Part shown: positions 31,360 through 36,713 of the stretch, piece by piece
Layout: every line of letters begins with the position of its first letter
Numbering within the stretch: the first letter of the stretch is position 1
Origin: an uncultured virus (IMG/VR IMGVR_UViG_3300021197_001546)
Lineage: Duplodnaviria; Heunggongvirae; Uroviricota; Caudoviricetes
Virus record (IMG/VR): IMGVR_UViG_3300021197_001546
DNA length: 36,713 nt
Strand: one strand, 5' to 3'
Position numbers and translations under genes: made by a program
Notes under the pieces: generated by a model
Databases searched by the model: none
What the model was told of the DNA's origin: nothing
Seen by the model: the letters and a program-made list of their open reading frames with translations, nothing else

Positions 31360-33279
31360 TCAATATCCACTGCTAGTTGAAGAATTGGAAGAAGTGTTCG
31401 TAGTAGATGAAGTGTTCGTAGTAGATGGGGTAGAGGTAGTAGAAATGCTACCACTGTCCACTCTCTCTACTGTTACTGGTCGATCAACTGTACCATCATA
31501 GGTTATGATGTTATTGTTGGTGGTTTTGATTACGTCCTCCTTGGGTGTCACAACAAATCTGATTGTTCCGTCTTTCGTGGCACTCAGAGGAGAGAAGTCT
31601 TTGATGGTGATCTTGCCCATCTCGAAATCAATTTTTCCTATCTCGTCAAATACCGTAGTTCTTTCGTTATTTACCGTTTCATAAATCCTAAGATCGCCTT
31701 CCATGTCACAGTCTATTGCCGCAAGAAAAATTGTTCCGTCATTTTTCTTGTATGCAAACGAAGAGGATTGAACGGGAGACGTTACATTCGAAGTCCCCGA
31801 CATCGAGGAGTGTGTGGTATTTTCAATTGGGTTTTGGTAATTGATAACATAGTTTTGTTTCTTGTTCAGGGTAGGTGCAATTCTTTTTTCAATCTCAACA
31901 TCAACATCGACATACAGAAGAGATGAATCAAGTGCTCGACATAAACCCTCCAATTGATTGATATACAGATTCTTTCCGAATTTAGATAAATTAGTACCTG
32001 CATATAAATCAAGATATACAAAAATAATAGTTTGAAGATCTTGCTGTGTTCTTGTGGTTAACGTAGAATCATAATCAAATTTTGCTCTGAATTTTAAATA
32101 GGTATATTCTGGATCTATTATTTCTGGTATAACACCAACCACACTCTTCGATGCATAAACATCCCGAAGAATATCTTGTTTCTGATCGTCGGTGAGAATC
32201 CCCCCTGATGTTGGTTTTACCGAGACAAAAACTTTTCCGTATTGTGGCGGATCATAGTCTTCTCCACCAAAAACCAAAACGTCATCTGCATTACCATATT
32301 CTGCTAATGTTAATGCCTTATAATCATTCTTTGTTACCGCTCTATCTTGTGTCTGATAAAAGAGAGGTGCATTTTGTCTTATGCTTTCAACCGATTCGTT
32401 GGACGAACCACCTGCGGCAGAGGAGACGGTTATGGTACTAGAATTACTAATGGTTGTGGTAAATGTTCTGCTTGCGGATGAATCTAATCTACCAATACCA
32501 TTTGCACCCGAACCGCTTGTGTTCAGATACTCTATGATAATTAAGTTTCCGTCTTCTAGTTTTTTACCAACGATGTTATCGCCAAATTTTATTTCGTAAA
32601 ACCCCGAAGTAGTTTCATCCAAAAAGTAAACTTGAGATCCTGCCGTAACTCCCGTGATGTCTGTACATTTGTTCCATACAGTTTCACTTCCCGTGGAATC
32701 CGTAGAAGAAGCGGTAACCCGAACTGTCATTCTATCTGTATCTACGGTTTCTGATGGAATTATATACTTGCCTTGTGAAGTAGAACTTACAACATAGGCA
32801 ACATTTGAAAAGGATCCCTCGTAGATCGAAAAGATATCAGAAACATATGGAGCAGAACCACTCGCGTCAATGGTGATTGGAACCATGTTGTAAAAGGTAT
32901 AATCAATACCAGAAATCTCAGCGTTAAATTGTGTTCTCGCTGGTATGATAACTGTATCTGCCCCAGCAGAAGAAAGACTTACGTTTACTCTAGCCTCTGC
33001 TGATTTATGGGAATGTGGTGTGTAACCAATTTGTTTGGCGTGCGAAACAACAGACTCTCTTTTTACTGCACTATCAAGAAACATTTCATTGGCAACCATG
33101 TTGGTATAAAACGTTGAGTAGTGAGTATTATATGCGAGCGTATCTAGAAGAATAGAAAGACCTGAACCGTTGAAGTCATAATCTTTGAATCTGTCTTGTC
33201 CTTCTAGATATGTTTGAAGGTTCGAACGGATATCTTCAAAATCTATATCGGTTATATTTTTTGCGCCGTTGATTGCCAT
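31360..33279 (-). CDS. gp6: Baseplate wedge protein
   Basis: DIDFEDIRSNL, FKDYDFNGSGLSILLDTLAYNTHY, NEMFLDSA, ESVESIR, QDRAVTKNDY and PPQYGKVFVSVKP. Confidence 0.95.
   Translation of the reverse strand: MAINGAKNITDIDFEDIRSNLQTYLEGQDRFKDYDFNGSGLSILLDTLAYNTHYSTFYTNMVANEMFLDSAVKRESVVSHAKQIGYTPHSHKSAEARVNVSLSSAGADTVIIPARTQFNAEISGIDYTFYNMVPITIDASGSAPYVSDIFSIYEGSFSNVAYVVSSTSQGKYIIPSETVDTDRMTVRVTASSTDSTGSETVWNKCTDITGVTAGSQVYFLDETTSGFYEIKFGDNIVGKKLEDGNLIIIEYLNTSGSGANGIGRLDSSASRTFTTTISNSSTITVSSAAGGSSNESVESIRQNAPLFYQTQDRAVTKNDYKALTLAEYGNADDVLVFGGEDYDPPQYGKVFVSVKPTSGGILTDDQKQDILRDVYASKSVVGVIPEIIDPEYTYLKFRAKFDYDSTLTTRTQQDLQTIIFVYLDLYAGTNLSKFGKNLYINQLEGLCRALDSSLLYVDVDVEIEKRIAPTLNKKQNYVINYQNPIENTTHSSMSGTSNVTSPVQSSSFAYKKNDGTIFLAAIDCDMEGDLRIYETVNNERTTVFDEIGKIDFEMGKITIKDFSPLSATKDGTIRFVVTPKEDVIKTTNNNIITYDGTVDRPVTVERVDSGSISTTSTPSTTNTSSTTNTSSNSSTSSGY
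31391..31426. repeat. Perfect 18-bp tandem duplication (gaagtgttcgtagtagat x2)
   Basis: Read directly from the sequence. It encodes STTNTS-STTNTS in the gp6 Ser/Thr tail. Confidence 0.9.
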
Positions 33280-33659
33280 TATCGTCGTCTTTCAAGGGTT
33301 AGGGTTACTTGTCCTGTTTCTTGAACGTTTTTTGGTCGGAAAACTATAGAAACATCAAATGAGTTTTTCTGTTCATTACTAGCAACCACCACATCCACCA
33401 ATTCTACTCTCGGTTCCGATTGTTTCACAGTTTTTTCAATTGCATTTTTGATACGAACAGCAGTTAAAGAATTCATGGGTTCAAATAAGTAACGATGAAT
33501 ACCAGAATCTAATTGAGGTCTGAAAGGTCTATCATATGACGAAGTCAAAACCAAATTACGAACAGATCGAATTAAAGCATTCATATCAGTTAATATAGTC
33601 ACATCTCCAGTCATGGGATGAGCAACAAAGTCTAAGTTTAAATCTGAGTATCTAGTCAT
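33279..33659 (-). CDS. gp25: Baseplate wedge / sheath initiator
   Basis: 126 aa with YSDLNLDF, HPMTGD, SVRNLVLT, RPF, LFEP and EPRVEL. It has a TAATG overlap with gp6. Confidence 0.93.
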   Translation of the reverse strand: MTRYSDLNLDFVAHPMTGDVTILTDMNALIRSVRNLVLTSSYDRPFRPQLDSGIHRYLFEPMNSLTAVRIKNAIEKTVKQSEPRVELVDVVVASNEQKNSFDVSIVFRPKNVQETGQVTLTLERRR

Positions 33660-33663
33660 GTCT

Positions 33664-33671
33664 TATGTATG
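33664..33671 (-). promoter_or_regulatory. Putative late promoter CATACATA, 4 nt before the gp25 ATG
   Basis: The minus strand reads ggCATACATAagacATG. Confidence 0.55.
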
Positions 33672-33693
33672 CCTTTAAATAGATAATGAGCAA

Positions 33694-35220
33694 TTATTCT
33701 AAACCTGAACTTGCCCCTTCTGGGATATCAGGAGGATTCTTCTCACGAATAATAGCCAAATCTACTAATTCGAACATATTTTGATTTGAAAATTTATCGT
33801 ACTCTGTTCCCCGTCCATCTAAACGAACAACACCGAGATATTGTTGAGCGTTTTCTAGTTGAGATAAGGAAAACGTGTCAACTAGGTATTGGACAGGTTC
33901 GCCAACCCCGTCGCCACGTTTTTGTGCCACATACACATCGAGAATAGACTGTGCATCTGACTTGTAATTTATGACTGATTCTCTTTCAACGTCTTCTATT
34001 GTTCTAGTCTCCGCTGTTTCGGCTATGGGTAATTGTGCTTTTGCCTTTTCTTCGTCTTGTGTAATTTCTTCTGTTTCTTCTGTTTCTTCTAATTGAGTTT
34101 CCAGATCTTCAAAGAATGTCTCAACATTTTTGCCGTATTCTTCGACATTGGTGGCAAGATCTTTAGCGGCTTGTTCTGCCTGTTTCACTACCTGTTCGCC
34201 TGCTTCTATAATGTCTTCTGCTGATTTTTGAATTGCTTCTGCTGTTTCTCTACCGATTTCTACCGTAGACTCTATGATACCCTCTACTTGCTCTCTGACG
34301 CTCTCTGCGATCCCCTCAACGCTCTCTCCGATCGCATCAGCAACATCTTGTGGATCGGGAATCTGACTCAACACATCGTCAATGGTGGGTAAAGATGGCA
34401 GTTCTAAACTGGGAATCAAGTTGGTAAGATCAGGCGATGCAACCAAGTCTTTGATTACCTTTCCTGCCATACATGGATCAGCCAAAACGCTGCTAAGTGC
34501 CGTATTGGCTAATGCAAATTGATCCAAAAACGCTAAAGCGCCTGCGAGATAAGCATCTTCAGCGTTGATTATGTTTGTAATACTCTGCTGAATGGTTCGG
34601 ATATTTCCGAGTATCTCTTGTGCTTCCCCATAAAAACCAAAAGGATCTGGATCGATGAAAGATGCCCCACCGGGTGGATCAGTATCGCCCAATCCGAATT
34701 GAGCCAAAAAGTTTCCTGCTGCCTCTAAAGCAGAATTGGATTCCTGAATAGCATTAACACCAAACTCCTGTTTCAGACTATTAAAACCATGAGAGAAGTT
34801 GTCCTTTAAGAGTTCTTCTGGATCCGTGACGAGTGTGGCAAGGGCAGAATTATACGCACTTCCTAATCCTAAAATTCTACCCATATCGGGTTCGCCGTCT
34901 TGATATCCCGTTATCAAACCGCTCATTCGATTGGTTCGTGATTCGAAATTTATTATTGTTGTTTCAAATGCACTTAGTGTGGATGACATCTCAGAGAAAT
35001 AACTGGGCGCTCCCCCAGCAGAAGATAATGTTCCAATCTTACTTAAAGCATCTGCAATTCCGCCTCGTACATTACCAGCCAGATCTGCAATTGGATTAGC
35101 AAATGCTTCTCCACGCAAAACAGTCTTCATGAAGTCAAGTGAACTTTCAGGAAGAATCTGCCGTAGAATGGCGCAGTTGTTAAGGGGGAAATCCCCGTTT
35201 CCGATTTGTGTAATACCCAT
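33694..35220 (-). CDS. Hypothetical acidic helical protein (508 aa) with 11-residue amphipathic repeats, probably baseplate hub-associated
   Basis: A long ORF coupled to the PAAR gene by a TGATG overlap. I recognised no family. Confidence 0.7.
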   Translation of the reverse strand: MGITQIGNGDFPLNNCAILRQILPESSLDFMKTVLRGEAFANPIADLAGNVRGGIADALSKIGTLSSAGGAPSYFSEMSSTLSAFETTIINFESRTNRMSGLITGYQDGEPDMGRILGLGSAYNSALATLVTDPEELLKDNFSHGFNSLKQEFGVNAIQESNSALEAAGNFLAQFGLGDTDPPGGASFIDPDPFGFYGEAQEILGNIRTIQQSITNIINAEDAYLAGALAFLDQFALANTALSSVLADPCMAGKVIKDLVASPDLTNLIPSLELPSLPTIDDVLSQIPDPQDVADAIGESVEGIAESVREQVEGIIESTVEIGRETAEAIQKSAEDIIEAGEQVVKQAEQAAKDLATNVEEYGKNVETFFEDLETQLEETEETEEITQDEEKAKAQLPIAETAETRTIEDVERESVINYKSDAQSILDVYVAQKRGDGVGEPVQYLVDTFSLSQLENAQQYLGVVRLDGRGTEYDKFSNQNMFELVDLAIIREKNPPDIPEGASSGLE

Positions 35221-35495
35221 CAGTTTGCCTTTACGTTGGGAGATGCTATAATAATTTTATGTCCGCATAACGCCGAATCGTTCTCTCTTACGACTTGTTT
35301 TCCTCCAGCAAAAACGTTTGATGATCCTATCCTAACTTCACTGCAAACAAGTTGATTACCATGATTGTGACATTCGACAGCGACACCGACAACTGCTATA
35401 GGATGTCCATTGACAGTTACTGAAGTACTTGGTGCATAGTTTAGTTTAGCCGGTGCATCCGTTATGTCGTAACCTGCTCTTGCTATTCCTGGCAT
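35220..35495 (-). CDS. gp5.4: PAAR-family spike tip protein (T4 gp5.4-like)
   Basis: 91 aa with three PAAR-like turns (PGIARAG, HPIAVVG, KQVVREND), GSSNVFAGG and SPNV, plus Cys/His candidate metal ligands (CHNH, CGH). Confidence 0.85.
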   Translation of the reverse strand: MPGIARAGYDITDAPAKLNYAPSTSVTVNGHPIAVVGVAVECHNHGNQLVCSEVRIGSSNVFAGGKQVVRENDSALCGHKIIIASPNVKAN

Positions 35496-35510
35496 AAAAT
35501 AACTCCAGTT

Positions 35511-35518
35511 TATTTATA
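35511..35518 (-). promoter_or_regulatory. Canonical T4 late promoter TATAAATA
   Basis: An exact match in the intergenic gap upstream of the PAAR gene, followed by a GGAG RBS. Confidence 0.8.
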
Positions 35519-35528
35519 ACGCAATTAC

Positions 35529-35741
35529 TCAAGGATCTGGGGTCGGATCGTATGTCACACCTTTGAGTGCTTCTGCCTGGAGAAGCATCGCATTTGCCGA
35601 CGCAACCAGGCCATCAATCAACTGTTCGTCCAGTGTGGTGATTGGAGCGGTCTCTTTGAAGTCATAAGCAAGAGCATTTAAAACAGATGTCATTGAAGAC
35701 AGATTTTTCATGAGATTTGAGTAGTGATGAATCGTGTTCAT
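35529..35741 (-). CDS. Hypothetical 70-aa helical protein
   Basis: It fills the gap between neighbours on the coding strand and has AAAGGG upstream. Confidence 0.6.
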   Translation of the reverse strand: MNTIHHYSNLMKNLSSMTSVLNALAYDFKETAPITTLDEQLIDGLVASANAMLLQAEALKGVTYDPTPDP

Positions 35742-35754
35742 TTTTTTCCCTTTA

Positions 35755-36240
35755 TTAAGACCAATTGAGTTTGATTTGTGTTGTTTCCCCGTCAGCGAGT
35801 GTGTTCCAAAAATTGGTCACATCTGTGGAAGATCCATTCCAGCGAACTCTTACAACTGTACCACTGTTGGAGCCGTGAGTATGAGTTATTGTAGAGGGAC
35901 TAAACGCTGCTCCATCATGAGTCCAAGTGCTATCTGCGACAATAATACCACCAGCATTAGTCACATCAGTTTCCCAATCCCCACAGGTGGTATAGTCACC
36001 AGTGTTATCAACTTTAAACAACCACTCAATATAAGAAGTGGATTTTCTTAAAGGTGCAGAAGTATACAAATCGTAGTTATTTGCCACATCGTCAGTACCA
36101 GAAAGTGTGGCATTAGTCAAATTGAATCTGTTCGGGTTGGGACTTCCCCTACTAATAACTTCAACTAATTCTGCATCGAGTTGTAACTTAACTCCAGCAG
36201 CGGGCGGTGTGGGGAAAAATAACCAGTGTGGAGGTGTCAT
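35755..36240 (-). CDS. Hypothetical 161-aa beta-rich protein, possible fibre tip or partner
   Basis: It has an ATGA overlap with the upstream fibre-like gene and a Trp/Thr-rich beta-type composition. Confidence 0.6.
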   Translation of the reverse strand: MTPPHWLFFPTPPAAGVKLQLDAELVEVISRGSPNPNRFNLTNATLSGTDDVANNYDLYTSAPLRKSTSYIEWLFKVDNTGDYTTCGDWETDVTNAGGIIVADSTWTHDGAAFSPSTITHTHGSNSGTVVRVRWNGSSTDVTNFWNTLADGETTQIKLNWS

Positions 36241-36713
36241 AATGTCGATGTATACTCCACATTAAAGATAACATCAAGGGCAGATGAATTACTTGAGGTA
36301 ACCATAGTCAGAACGGCATCAGCGGCGACTGAGGTATTTGCTAGAGATGTTTGATCACCACTTGAATTACTTACACTTGCTGCTTTGATCGTATCGGATC
36401 CATTTTTAAGAGTAGCAGTGACCGTACCAGACGCAGACTTGATATAGAACCCAGTGATTGTTCTTGCCGTTGCAACCTTTGGATCGAGGGTATAAGTTTT
36501 ATCTGCGGCGGTTTCAATCTGTCCTGTGTATGAGTCCGTTCTGAGAGCAGTTGTTGTTTGGGTTCCGTCCGCGAAGGTTACACCACCCCCTTCTAAAGAT
36601 ATTCCGTGAGGAAATGCGAAACCAGTAGTTGTTACGTTGGCAAGAGTAACACCACCAGCGGTTAATGTTATGGTGTCAGCCGCTGGGAAATCAAGATAAG
36701 TATTAGCATCACC
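36237..36713 (-). CDS. C-terminal part of a fibre-like virion protein (5' end outside the window)
   Basis: Not in the ORF track. My translation gives an open frame of 159 codons: GDANTYLDFPAADTITLTAGG...GGGVTFADGTQTTTA...VIFNVEYTSTL*. The GD-x-N-T-Y-x-x-F-P-x-A-D-T and VTFADGT motifs are typical of phage fibre shafts. Confidence 0.75.
   Translation of the reverse strand, partial: GDANTYLDFPAADTITLTAGGVTLANVTTTGFAFPHGISLEGGGVTFADGTQTTTALRTDSYTGQIETAADKTYTLDPKVATARTITGFYIKSASGTVTATLKNGSDTIKAASVSNSSGDQTSLANTSVAADAVLTMVTSSNSSALDVIFNVEYTSTL

Noticed and set aside
33674..33681. Plus-strand TTTAAATA as an antisense late promoter
   Set aside because: It is an imperfect match in an AT-rich gap with no plus-strand gene downstream.

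Overview
This window is a contiguous, minus-strand virion-morphogenesis region of a large T4-like myophage, with the gene order seen in marine and freshwater environmental T4-like phages. In transcription order (right to left) it contains: a partial fibre-like gene, two small unknown ORFs, PAAR spike gp5.4, a 508-aa helical unknown, gp25, gp6, a short gp7, an expanded gp8, a VrlC/DUF4815-like protein, a 63-aa companion, five fibre/receptor-binding genes (collar, carbohydrate-binding-like, beta-helix and LamG domains) plus an 84-aa companion, gp13, gp14, gp15, gp16, gp17, gp18, gp19, gp20, a gp67-like gene, a 308-aa gp67-domain fusion protein and the 5' part of gp21. The genetic code is standard. 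I saw no tRNA, CRISPR array, intron, intein, DGR or mobile element. The main observations are: (1) a G-x-[S/T]-[G/A] motif concentrated in the extensions of many unrelated outer virion proteins but nearly absent from portal and terminase, possibly a virion modification (glycosylation) sequon; (2) a gp67-like domain fused to His-rich and basic modules separated by apparent gp21 cleavage sites, possibly a capsid-loaded polyprotein; (3) a late-promoter family TA[A/C]ATA, with one copy inside an anti-Shine-Dalgarno hairpin at gp13 and one placed to give a leaderless gp25 mRNA; (4) a fibre gene whose domain order is repeated by the next two genes, which are one nucleotide apart; (5) a perfect C(UUCG)G hairpin between gp18 and gp19. 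All family assignments come from recognising motifs by eye, not from database searches.
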